The notes under the pieces are model-generated. The model did no database searches and was not told the DNA's origin. It saw nothing but the letters and a program-made list of their open reading frames with translations. Shown here one piece after another: positions 1-9,545 of a stretch of DNA of 64,000 nucleotides (position 1 is its first letter; each line of letters begins with the position of its first letter). The stretch comes from Spirochaetia bacterium (GTDB lineage Bacteria; Spirochaetota; Spirochaetia; WTKD01; G963693115), in the NCBI GenBank assembly GCA_965226055.1, contig CBDDCA010000006.1:160001-224000 (forward strand), in the 5' to 3' direction. A program made the translations under genes and the position numbers.

Positions 1-308
1 ACCCATGTTGTAGTAGCTGCACATGATACAAGTGCCTTTTGTGCGCTTCGTTCTAAACGTAAGCGCGGAGCTCCTTGTATTTCCTTCTCTATAACAATAT
101 CTTTCAGTATTACTTTCTTTCTTACTGCTTTTATAAACGCTTCTTTTGCAGCAAAAAACCCTGCCAATGTTTCCAATGCTTTATGTTCAATTTCTGACAA
201 AAGATCAATCTCGGCTTTTGCAAAATATCTCAACAAAAGATTTTGATTTCTCTGCCACCTTTGTAAACGCATTATCTTTACAATATCAGTACCAAGTCCA
301 AGTATCAT
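1..308 (-). CDS. acpS: holo-[acyl-carrier-protein] synthase (runs off the window edge)
   Basis: Not in the ORF track. My translation from ATG at 308 gives MILGLGTDIVKIMRL...LAGFFAAKEAFIKA, with the AcpS GxDIV and F-AAKEA motifs; follows cdaA-cdaR as in spirochaetes. Confidence 0.9.
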   Translation of the reverse strand, partial: MILGLGTDIVKIMRLQRWQRNQNLLLRYFAKAEIDLLSEIEHKALETLAGFFAAKEAFIKAVRKKVILKDIVIEKEIQGAPRLRLERSAQKALVSCAATTTW

Positions 309-362
309 ATAACATAGTATACCAAACCTATCAAATAAACATACTTATAATAATTATCAATT

Positions 363-1427
363 TTACTCTCCATCTGTTTCCACATTTTCTTGCAATGATG
401 TAGATGTTTCTTCTTTTTCATCTACTATTGTCGCTGGAGGCTCATCGGTAACAATATCATCAAGAAAATCAATATTGGGTACAGCGGGAGATTCAATAGG
501 TTCAATATTTTTTGTTTCCACTTCAATAAGTACTGATGTAGGCGATAAAGAAATAATTTCAATATTCGTTGCACGTGATAATGTAGGAATAAGTGTATAA
601 GTACCACTTTCAGATATAGATGATGCATCTAGTACAATAGTAGGAGTAAAATCATTCACATTCACTCTTCTTCCTTGCACAATAAGAGAAGCTGTTGGTA
701 TATCTGTAGTAACAAGCAGATCGTCAGAAAGATTTACTAGCTCCATACTTACTTCATTAATTGTTCTTACGGTAATAACCTGTTGTATGTTTGCAGTTAC
801 TTCCACTTCCTCAGGCTCTACATCCAGTGCTACATTAGTCATGTTAATCACTCTTACAATACTTGTAAAGTCTCTTGTTTCGTTTGCTAGATTTATTTCC
901 TGTGTTTCTACTACTTCAATAGGAAGAACAACTGAACGAGGCCCTGTTACTTTAATATCCGTAGGAACAACACTAAACCCTTGAAATCCATATTGCGGAG
1001 GAGGAGCATTAACAAACACAGGTAACACACTCACTGTTTTTGTAATTTTCCGTTCAATATTACTTTCTACAGTACTGGGGTTTGGGGCTACTTCTATATT
1101 ATTCAAATCAAGAAATACACCACTACGGATAATTTGAATATTCTCAGTATATATTCCTTCTGCATCATATAAACTAAAATCAATAACCGCAGCTACATTG
1201 TCTACACTAATTCTTGACAAAGCAGCACGACTCCCTTTTAATAATACAGTCACCGACTTAGGAGGAGGCTGAATAAATGTAAAACGAGTATCAATCTTTG
1301 CAGTAAGAGGTACTGTAACATATTTTTCTTCTGTATTTATTACTACAGAAAAAAACAAATATGTTATCAGAGCAAGACCTAAAGCAAAAATATATTCAAC
1401 TAAGGTTTGAATACGTTTAGTGTTCAC
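363..1427 (-). CDS. cdaR: CdaR / YbbR-domain regulator of diadenylate cyclase
   Basis: N-terminal TM helix, repeated YbbR-like beta domains (P..V.V.L.G), overlaps cdaA stop. Confidence 0.8.
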   Translation of the reverse strand: MNTKRIQTLVEYIFALGLALITYLFFSVVINTEEKYVTVPLTAKIDTRFTFIQPPPKSVTVLLKGSRAALSRISVDNVAAVIDFSLYDAEGIYTENIQIIRSGVFLDLNNIEVAPNPSTVESNIERKITKTVSVLPVFVNAPPPQYGFQGFSVVPTDIKVTGPRSVVLPIEVVETQEINLANETRDFTSIVRVINMTNVALDVEPEEVEVTANIQQVITVRTINEVSMELVNLSDDLLVTTDIPTASLIVQGRRVNVNDFTPTIVLDASSISESGTYTLIPTLSRATNIEIISLSPTSVLIEVETKNIEPIESPAVPNIDFLDDIVTDEPPATIVDEKEETSTSLQENVETDGE

Positions 1428-2239
1428 TGAGTATCCTCTGTACTAAGATAGTTTTCTAACTCTACATTTACAAAAGAATCTTCAAGGATAAGTTTAGCAT
1501 AATGGCATATTTTTTCTATAGGCAAGTCATAAAATAACTGACCTTGATATACCAGCGTAATTGCTTTTGTTTCCTCAGACAATACAATAACTACTGCATC
1601 GCTATTTTGGGAAATACCTACTGCAGCTCTATGTCGAGATCCAAGCTGTGGTGGAATATCAGCCCCTAATTCCAATGGAAGAAAACAGTTAGCAAACACA
1701 ATTCTATTGTGTCTAATAATAACCGCTCCATCATGTAAAATAGTATCATGAGAAAAAATAGAAACCAGTAGCTCTGCAGAAATAGTAGCATCTAAAGCAA
1801 CTTTATTAGAAACTAATCCTTCTATATCAATATTTTTCTGCAAGATAATAATAGCACCCCGATTAAGTTTTTTTAACAAATTGATAGCACGAGCTATATA
1901 AGTAAAATTAGGAAGCAATATTTTTTTCTTAAATACATTGAGAGTACTACTAAAAAACCTTCTTGTGATCATTACTCGTAACTCGGGCTGAAATATAATT
2001 AAAGCACCAAGTAATATAATACCAATGGTGTTATTCAACACCCATAATAATGTTTGAAGATTTAATAGAAAAGCAAGCGCATATAAAACAAAAAAGAAAA
2101 CAAGACGTATAAAAAATATATTTGAACGAATTGTCTTTAATAACTTATAAGCATAAAAAAAGATGATACTTAAGCTAAATACATCTAACACCTGTCTTAT
2201 AACATTATAGATATTAAGCTGTATTACATCGTTTAACAA
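1424..2239 (-). CDS. cdaA: diadenylate cyclase CdaA
   Basis: 3 N-terminal TMs, IIFQPELR, HDGA and GSRHRAA DAC motifs. Confidence 0.93.
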   Translation of the reverse strand: MLNDVIQLNIYNVIRQVLDVFSLSIIFFYAYKLLKTIRSNIFFIRLVFFFVLYALAFLLNLQTLLWVLNNTIGIILLGALIIFQPELRVMITRRFFSSTLNVFKKKILLPNFTYIARAINLLKKLNRGAIIILQKNIDIEGLVSNKVALDATISAELLVSIFSHDTILHDGAVIIRHNRIVFANCFLPLELGADIPPQLGSRHRAAVGISQNSDAVVIVLSEETKAITLVYQGQLFYDLPIEKICHYAKLILEDSFVNVELENYLSTEDTQ

Positions 2240-2581
2240 AGCTACTTCTTACCCTAATACATAGTATCTATAAGATACAATAGGCAAATATACCTATCTA
2301 ATAGAGGATACATACATGAGTCATACATTTATAAGAATTATTTTTTCTTTTTATGTCTATTTTTTCGCAATCTTTTCTTAAACTTATGCTTAGAAATTTT
2401 CTTTCTTTTTCTTTTTCTACCACATGGCACAGATAGTTACCTCTTTTTACCTTATAATACTATTAGTGTAGCATAAACTATAAATTATAGCAATATACTA
2501 GCATATAATTTTTTGGACTGTTACTCTCTCGTACACTCTATAGAAATACTGTAGTAACAGCCCCTTACTGCTCTTTAGGTT

Positions 2582-2616
2582 CTATAGCAAGAAAGAGCTA
2601 TCCTTTCTTGCTATAG
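2582..2616. terminator. hairpin downstream of the large lipoprotein gene
   Basis: 14-bp perfect inverted repeat ctatagcaagaaag / ctttcttgctatag. Confidence 0.6.
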
Positions 2617-2635
2617 GTATGTATTTCTATACTTG

Positions 2636-5600
2636 CTACGATGAAGGACATGCTACTTTATCAGTTCTATCCTTTGGCCACTGTGTGCCTTTTGTATTTT
2701 TATCAGCCATAGGAGAACCGGCAAAATAAGTAGAAGTTATCTGTGTCTTACATAGTCTCCATTTTGATAAATCTTGATCAAATGAAGAAGCACTGTGAAA
2801 TATAAAATCAGCTGCAGTAATTTTACTCACATTCCAATTTCCTATGTCTTTATCAAATGCAGTAGCCCTAAAGAACAAAAGCTGCATATTTGTCACTTCA
2901 CTTACATTCCAGTTTCCTATATCTTGATTAAAGGCATTTGCATTATTAAACATACCATTCATACTCTGAACTTGACTTACATCCCAACCTCCTATGTCTT
3001 GGTTAAATGTAGTCGCACTACTAAACATACTACCCATAGAAATAACTTTACTCACATCCCAATCTCCTATATCTTGATTAAATACAAAAGCAGATTCAAA
3101 CATAGAATTCATACTCTCTACATTACTGGTGTTCCACTGTGTTATGTCTCCATTAAAAGTACTACTATCATTATTGAATAAACTACTCATATCAGTAATA
3201 GCACTGGTGTCTATCATGTTGAGGTTGGGGCTATTGGTGTTTTGTCTCCCTGCTCCTCTTTCTGCAGTGATAATATCTTGCAGTGCTTTCTTTGTCGTTG
3301 GTCTATAATAGCTAGCTACTTGTCCTGCTAGTTTCACCAGCCCTGTCTCTACATTGATAGTCGCAAGTACTTTTCCTCCTGAATAAGATCCCGAAGTAAT
3401 TGTACACTGCACTACCCCGTAGTTATACTCAGTTATAGTAGAGTCATGTATGTTTGATTTATTTGCTATGCCTGCTATTGTTACTGTATTGGTATTTTTT
3501 GCAAATGTTACTGTTAGGCCTGTTTCTTCTTTGAGTGTGCTGTTATCGTTATCTATTGTGCTTTCATCACAGGTAAAGGTAAGTCCACTAGGACTGATAC
3601 TGGTAAGTACTCTCGTTGTATTTTGTGCGAGTGCTGTGCCTACTGTTGCTGATACCTTTGTGGCATTTCCTATCACTACTGCTAGCGTGCTGGCAGATAC
3701 TGCTGTTGCTTCTGCCGATACCTTTGTCTTTTTAAGGCTATTTACTGCTACTGCGGTGATATAGTACTTTGTATTCAATCGTAGATTGCGTATTGTATAG
3801 CTTGTTGCTCCTGTTGGCACATCGTCTTTTTCTGCTCCTTCTTGTGCATCGCTTGCCGCTTTTGCTTGCGTTTTTACTGTTGCTCCATCTATGTTTGTTT
3901 TTGAGGCTGCATAGTATACTATATAGTCTATTTGATTATCTCTTAAATCAGTTCCGTCTGCTGTCGTTCCTTTTACGGTAGGGGCTGTTATGGTAAGTAC
4001 TATGGTTGCTCCTTGTGCATTTGCTTGTATGGTGGGCTTTCCTGGTGCGGCATAGGCTTCTTTTGCGATAAACTCCTTGCGTAGTCCTGTTGCTTCTTTG
4101 CTGGTATCGGTGCTGTTTACTGCTTGCACTACTATTTCGTAAGTTGTGCCTACTGTCAATCCTGTCAGAGTGCTGTTGGTTGTGCCTGCTGCTACTGCTG
4201 TGGAGCTTCCTGCTGCTGTTTTTATTTGTGCTACTGTCCTTGTTGTACTGCCACTTTTGGCTACTTTGTATACTTTGTACGATACTTGTGCTACTGTTAG
4301 GGCATCTCCTTTGTTTGTTTTGTGGCTTGCATTGAGGCTGGGGGCTGTCCACGATATTGTTGCACTTCCTCCTGTTACTCCTCCTACTTGTATGTTGCTT
4401 ACTTCTGCGGGGGCAGTCGCCTGTGATGCGGTTGTTACACTTGCCACTGTCGATACTGCTTTTTTGCTTGTGTCTGTTTTTACTGCTACTTCTACCACAA
4501 AATGATACTTTGTTGCTCCTTTTATTGCTACTACTGGTGCTGTGTCTTCAGATACGCCTAAACTGCTAAGGGCAGAGACAGTGTACACTCCGCTACTTGC
4601 TGTGCCTATACTTACTCTTCTGCCTCTTTGTACTTCTGCTACTGTAGGGGTTGTGTCTTTCTGTAAGCCGTACACTGTGTATACTAGCTCATCATTGCTT
4701 GTTACTGTTGTGCCATCTTTGTTTTTTGCTCCTGTTATTGTGCTTAACTGTGTGAGTACGAGCTTTATTGTTCCTGCTGTGTTTGTTGATGGTGATACTA
4801 CCAGCTTGCCTGTTAAGGACGATGTAGGGGCTGTTGCTTTTGAGGTGGGGATAGTGCTTAATTCTAGTTTTTGTATCAGTGCAGGGTCTTTACTTTGTGC
4901 TTTCTTTGTTGCATAGGGATTGAGGCTGTTTATTGCTTCTATGCCTATGGTGTACACTGCTCCTTTTGTTCCTATAAATGTTCCTCGTAAGCTGCTGTTT
5001 CCTGCTATCTCTTGTGTTTGTACTCCTCCTATTGCTTTTATTTCTGCTATGCTTTTAGTACTCTGGTCTCCTGCTACTATGTATACTTTGTACTGTATTT
5101 GTGCCTGTGTGAGTTGTCTGTCATTGGGGGCTTTGTGCTTGCTGGTAATTGTTCCTTTTTGAAACTCGTACTGTACTGTATCGCTTGTTTGTGTTGATGT
5201 TTCAATAAACAGAGTGAGATTCTCTGGTGCGGGTGGGACAGTGGATACTGCATCATATACTGCTACTTTGCCAGTGAGTGTTGTTGGGGGGCTTACTCTG
5301 TTATTTTCTACTGTGAAAAAGGTAAAGCTATAGCTTTTTGCATTTGCTTGTGTTGATGATACTTCTATGCCATCTGCTATGCCAAAGCTAATGATGGTTG
5401 CTGTTCCTGTTATGCTTTTTTCTGCTACCAAGTTTGTGCCATCTAACATACGCAGGGTGTAGTACTTATTTGATCCAGGAGCTTGCTTAAAGGTTGCTTT
5501 TATTTGTATAACTCCTGTTGTTTTGTCTAGAGCAGGCTTGTTTTGAAAGAGATCTTCTGAGGGAGCTGTGAGTGAGTTGGGGGTAGTTATGTCTTTTGTT

Positions 5601-7336
5601 GCTTGGGTGCTTTTATTTTCTGAGTAATCATAGGTGAGTATTGTTATGGTGTATGTTTTTCCTTGCACAAGTTCTTCTACAAAGAATGCTGTCGTGGGAT
5701 AGGGTATTTTCTTCTCGTTCAGTACTGCAGTGCTTGTGCCTTTCTCTGCTATGCTTATGCTGTATTCTTTTATGTCCTTGTTATTGGCTTTTGTTACATC
5801 GGGGGCTGTCCATATTATCTGTGTGCCTATCTTTGCTGCTGATACAAAAGGATAGCTTGCTTGTATGCTTGTCACTGCATCGGGGGCGGTGCTATCTGCT
5901 GATGTGGTTACTGTGACTGTTGCTTCTGTTCCTTTGTTGCCTGCACTGTCCATTGATACGACTGCCACTGTATACTCGGTGGTTGCTTTGAGATCTGTTA
6001 TCTGCGTGTTTCTTACTGTTCTCTCTGTTATTGTCACTGTCTTTGCGGGAGTACTACTGTCCTTTTCTGTTGCTGTTATAGTCACTCCTGCATAGTCTCG
6101 TACATCGGGGGCTTGCCAGCCTACTACTATGCTTGTTGCTCCTCCTACTACACTTACATTGGTCGTAGGCTTTGTTGTCTTGTCTGTTGTTGCTTGTTCT
6201 TTTGACACTGCAGTGGAGTACTTTCCGTTTTGAGAAACATACACCTCTACTTTGTAAGTAAGCGTGCCATAGAGTTTTGTGAGTGCTATGCCATCTTTTG
6301 CTACATACACAGTGGCGTATTCTCTGTTATCTGCACTTGCTCCGCTGAGTGTTGCAGTACTGCTATTGTTCACAGTTTCTTCTACTACTACTGTATTTGT
6401 TGCGGTTGCTATCACTCGTACTAAGAGGCTTTTGTCCGTAAAGGTAACATTTCCCCACTTGATAAGTAGGCTTTCATCGGCTGGGCTATTGCTTTTATCG
6501 TTTGCTGTTACTGTAAGGTCTGCCTCTGGCAGTGGCGTTACTGTTTGTGAAAGCTGTGATGCTTGCACGCCTGTCAGTACTGTTGTAGGACTGCTTGTGT
6601 TATCATTTCTGTCTTTGTAGCGTATTTCTACATCATAGGATATGCCTGCAAGCGTGGAGACTTTTGAAAGTATAACTTCTCCTTGCTGTAGGTTCTGCAC
6701 GGTAGCTTGCGCAAGCACTATGCCACCAGTCGTGCTTTTTACCACTATCGTTGCTTCTGCTATGTCTGTCTTGCCTGATGCAAGTCGCTCTTTGTCCCAT
6801 GTTATTTTTATGCCATCCCCCGACTTCTCTACTCCTACCTGTGTCAATGTGTCCTGTGGTGCAGTAGTATCTATCAGTGTTGTAACAGAGCGTGTTGTTT
6901 TTGGTGATACTTCTGTGTCTTTTTGTGCCTCTATCTCTACAGTGTAGTCGGTGAGTGCTTGTAAGCCTTTGAGTTGGTACGATTGTCCTTGTTGAAAGAG
7001 TGTTTGATATTCTATTGCAGGAACACGCACTTGTATAGACTGTGCTGGTGCAGTTGATGTAGCTTTTACGACTACATGCGTGGCTTCGCTGGGAGCTTCC
7101 CAGCGTAACGAGAGTGTCCCATCGTTGCTTGCTACTTGTATCTGCACATTGGACACTGATGCGAGTGTCGGGGTTACTGGTGTTCCCCCTCCGCCTGATG
7201 AGGAACTGCTACTGCCCCCCGAACATCCTACGAGTACAAGGGTAGTCATTGCTAGCACTAAAAATAGTGCTACAACTATAAATATGTTCAGCTTACCATT
7301 AAGCCGATAGTTTAGTTCTTCATTACTTTTTTTCAT
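2636..7336 (-). CDS. large surface lipoprotein with fibronectin type III repeats and C-terminal BspA/DUF285 repeats
   Basis: Start moved to ATG 7336 (AGGAG RBS upstream); lipobox LVGC then Ser/Gly linker; FN3 motifs (W.AP, L...T.Y.V.V); C-terminal FNQDIGxWDVSxVxxM repeats. Confidence 0.85.
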   Translation of the reverse strand: MKKSNEELNYRLNGKLNIFIVVALFLVLAMTTLVLVGCSGGSSSSSSGGGGTPVTPTLASVSNVQIQVASNDGTLSLRWEAPSEATHVVVKATSTAPAQSIQVRVPAIEYQTLFQQGQSYQLKGLQALTDYTVEIEAQKDTEVSPKTTRSVTTLIDTTAPQDTLTQVGVEKSGDGIKITWDKERLASGKTDIAEATIVVKSTTGGIVLAQATVQNLQQGEVILSKVSTLAGISYDVEIRYKDRNDNTSSPTTVLTGVQASQLSQTVTPLPEADLTVTANDKSNSPADESLLIKWGNVTFTDKSLLVRVIATATNTVVVEETVNNSSTATLSGASADNREYATVYVAKDGIALTKLYGTLTYKVEVYVSQNGKYSTAVSKEQATTDKTTKPTTNVSVVGGATSIVVGWQAPDVRDYAGVTITATEKDSSTPAKTVTITERTVRNTQITDLKATTEYTVAVVSMDSAGNKGTEATVTVTTSADSTAPDAVTSIQASYPFVSAAKIGTQIIWTAPDVTKANNKDIKEYSISIAEKGTSTAVLNEKKIPYPTTAFFVEELVQGKTYTITILTYDYSENKSTQATKDITTPNSLTAPSEDLFQNKPALDKTTGVIQIKATFKQAPGSNKYYTLRMLDGTNLVAEKSITGTATIISFGIADGIEVSSTQANAKSYSFTFFTVENNRVSPPTTLTGKVAVYDAVSTVPPAPENLTLFIETSTQTSDTVQYEFQKGTITSKHKAPNDRQLTQAQIQYKVYIVAGDQSTKSIAEIKAIGGVQTQEIAGNSSLRGTFIGTKGAVYTIGIEAINSLNPYATKKAQSKDPALIQKLELSTIPTSKATAPTSSLTGKLVVSPSTNTAGTIKLVLTQLSTITGAKNKDGTTVTSNDELVYTVYGLQKDTTPTVAEVQRGRRVSIGTASSGVYTVSALSSLGVSEDTAPVVAIKGATKYHFVVEVAVKTDTSKKAVSTVASVTTASQATAPAEVSNIQVGGVTGGSATISWTAPSLNASHKTNKGDALTVAQVSYKVYKVAKSGSTTRTVAQIKTAAGSSTAVAAGTTNSTLTGLTVGTTYEIVVQAVNSTDTSKEATGLRKEFIAKEAYAAPGKPTIQANAQGATIVLTITAPTVKGTTADGTDLRDNQIDYIVYYAASKTNIDGATVKTQAKAASDAQEGAEKDDVPTGATSYTIRNLRLNTKYYITAVAVNSLKKTKVSAEATAVSASTLAVVIGNATKVSATVGTALAQNTTRVLTSISPSGLTFTCDESTIDNDNSTLKEETGLTVTFAKNTNTVTIAGIANKSNIHDSTITEYNYGVVQCTITSGSYSGGKVLATINVETGLVKLAGQVASYYRPTTKKALQDIITAERGAGRQNTNSPNLNMIDTSAITDMSSLFNNDSSTFNGDITQWNTSNVESMNSMFESAFVFNQDIGDWDVSKVISMGSMFSSATTFNQDIGGWDVSQVQSMNGMFNNANAFNQDIGNWNVSEVTNMQLLFFRATAFDKDIGNWNVSKITAADFIFHSASSFDQDLSKWRLCKTQITSTYFAGSPMADKNTKGTQWPKDRTDKVACPSS

Positions 7337-7433
7337 AATGATCTCCTTGTTGGTATCTATTATTGTGTAATTATCATTACACCTAAGCATCATTATAGTA
7401 CAAATACTATTTTTTGTGTTATCTCTATAAATT

Positions 7434-7452
7434 AAAAAAAAAAAAAAAAAAA
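7434..7452. repeat. A19 homopolymer upstream of the lipoprotein promoter
   Basis: 19 consecutive A; TATAAT on the minus strand at 7392-7397. Confidence 0.8.
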
Positions 7453-7833
7453 TGCGATGAAATACACAAAAATATACAGCAAAAAAAGTGATAATAATGC
7501 TATAATAGAGATATTATGAACCACAAAGAACCTATGCAACTCATTGTTGCCAGCTCAAATATCCATAATAATACAAGAGATACATCAAATACTTCCACAT
7601 AAGATAAAGCAGAGAAATCTGTGACATAGATATATCAAGAACAATATTTGTACTTGGCAGGTACAATTTTCAATCAAAACAATACTTATACATAGTATTA
7701 CAATATGAGTAATAGTGTAAGGAACTGAGGATAGCTACCGCCCCCCAGCCCCCTGCTGACTCCCGTGTAAACATCTTACAACAGGAGAAAAAACATAATT
7801 ACATCAGAAAAAAAATGGAGAAAGTAGTATACT

Positions 7834-8418
7834 ATGCATATGGCAGAACAATATGTAACAACAAAAAACAATAGCAAAGATACGAAAAAAACGAATAAAG
7901 CTACCTCTATCAAAAAAAAGCCATCCTCAAAAAACACAGAAGATAAATCATTAAAAAAACCTACTACTCACTATGAGTTATTATCCAAAGAGATACATCA
8001 CGTAGAAGACAAACTATCAGAAAAAATAGACAATGTAGAAAATAAGCTATCAGAAAGAATAAATCATGTAGAAAACAAACTATCAGAAAGAATAAATCAT
8101 GTAGAAAACAAACTATCAGAAAGAATAGACCATGTAGAAAACAAACTATCAGAAAAAATAGACAATGTAGAAAGTAAGCTATCAGAAAGAATAGATCATG
8201 TAGAAAACAAACTATCAGAAAAAATAGACAATGTAGAAAGTAAGCTATCAGAAAGAATAGATCATGTAGAAAGTAGAGTATTAGAAAAGATAGACGGTGT
8301 AGAGAATAAACTTGATAGAGCGATAAAAAACTTAAGTGATAAACTTACTCCTATTTATTGGATTCTTGGAATACAAATAACAGCAATATTAGGACTTATA
8401 TTTTATCTTCATAGATAA
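7834..8418 (+). CDS. BDR-like (Borrelia direct repeat / DUF1640-like) coiled-coil protein
   Basis: 11-aa repeats (K/R)ID(N/H)VE(N/S)KLSE and a C-terminal TM helix. Confidence 0.7.
   Translation: MHMAEQYVTTKNNSKDTKKTNKATSIKKKPSSKNTEDKSLKKPTTHYELLSKEIHHVEDKLSEKIDNVENKLSERINHVENKLSERINHVENKLSERIDHVENKLSEKIDNVESKLSERIDHVENKLSEKIDNVESKLSERIDHVESRVLEKIDGVENKLDRAIKNLSDKLTPIYWILGIQITAILGLIFYLHR
7992..8314 (+). repeat. 33-bp tandem coding repeat (about 9-10 units)
   Basis: recurring catgtagaaaacaaactatcagaaagaata-type unit; boundaries approximate. Confidence 0.85.
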
Positions 8419-8490
8419 ATATAGGTTTGTATAAACAAATAAATAGCAGTAAGAGAAATACCAAACTCCAAGAGCCTTCTTTATTACAAG

Positions 8491-9000
8491 CTAGTGCGTA
8501 TAAGATATTGTAGAGGATGCACCTGAACACAAACCTTCATATATACTATAAAGGAAAAGAATTGTAAAAAGTATGATAAAAAGGGTAGGGATAAAACGTT
8601 CTATTGTTGTCAACAAGGAATATTTATTAGATCTATTTTCTGTATGTTTCAATATTTTCCATTCTTCTGTAAAGCATGCAAAAGACAGTTTTTCTTCTAT
8701 CTTTTGAATAACTTGAAATTTTCCAGCATTTAAACATTTGTATGAGCGTATGTTAAAAAACCACACTATAGAAAAAAGCAATCCAAAAACACTCATTCCA
8801 ATAATCAATAAAGTATCTACTATTTTTAATCTAAGAAAAGCATAGCTTGTAGTAACAAGAAGAGAACAAAGAGTAAGATAAAAATTATTACTCCGTAATC
8901 TTCTATCGCTAACATTCTCTGCTGTTTGTACATACATTTTGTATATTTCTATCAGATCATTCTTTTCATTATCTTTATCTGTATTATTATCAGTATCCAT
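8491..9000 (-). CDS. small 3-TM membrane protein, RipA/Rip1-like family (putative defence effector)
   Basis: YKMYV...SDRR...NNFY, two TMs, W...IRSYK.LN..KF.VI..IE, third TM; directly downstream of the TIR gene. Confidence 0.6.
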   Translation of the reverse strand: MDTDNNTDKDNEKNDLIEIYKMYVQTAENVSDRRLRSNNFYLTLCSLLVTTSYAFLRLKIVDTLLIIGMSVFGLLFSIVWFFNIRSYKCLNAGKFQVIQKIEEKLSFACFTEEWKILKHTENRSNKYSLLTTIERFIPTLFIILFTILFLYSIYEGLCSGASSTISYTH

Positions 9001-9006
9001 TATTAC

Positions 9007-9411
9007 CTACCTATAATACCTAATAGCTTGCACTATACTATTAGTATTCCATCCCACAATTTCATCAGCACAATCTTTTGCATGCTGAGATGTATATATG
9101 CTTCCCCATGGTGCTATAGCTATAATCGGCTTTTTCCATGTGTTCTCTGCGATATCTATTTCAATATCTATCCAATCACTATAGGTACAATACACTCCAG
9201 CAAGCACCAAAAAAACATGACAATTTCTTATTTTTTCTTTTATTTTTGCTCTTAGTTGTTTTTTTGTTCCATTAGTATGAATAGGATCATCTCTTGGCGC
9301 AGATAAATTTTTGTAAGAAAAATAACCACGCTTATTTAGTAATGCTATTAAGTTATCATATTGATATTGATATTTCCATGAATGGCTTATAAATAAATTA
9401 CATGTTCTCAT
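9007..9411 (-). CDS. TIR-domain protein (MTH538/DUF1863, ThsB-like)
   Basis: LFISHSW start, S.WIDIEI with catalytic Glu, KPIIAI, VGWN..SIV.AI. Confidence 0.85.
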   Translation of the reverse strand: MRTCNLFISHSWKYQYQYDNLIALLNKRGYFSYKNLSAPRDDPIHTNGTKKQLRAKIKEKIRNCHVFLVLAGVYCTYSDWIDIEIDIAENTWKKPIIAIAPWGSIYTSQHAKDCADEIVGWNTNSIVQAIRYYR

Positions 9412-9545
9412 ATTATGATACCTCTTAGTATTACTTACTATACTATTAGTATACCATAATTCAAGGTTTCTTAAATATGTTTTCCAAAATACATCGTACT
9501 AGGAAACCATAGTATGCAAAATACTGTATAATAATTACATACATA

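Noticed and set aside
2795-7310. Many plus-strand ORFs inside the large lipoprotein gene
   Set aside because: Antisense shadows caused by biased codon usage
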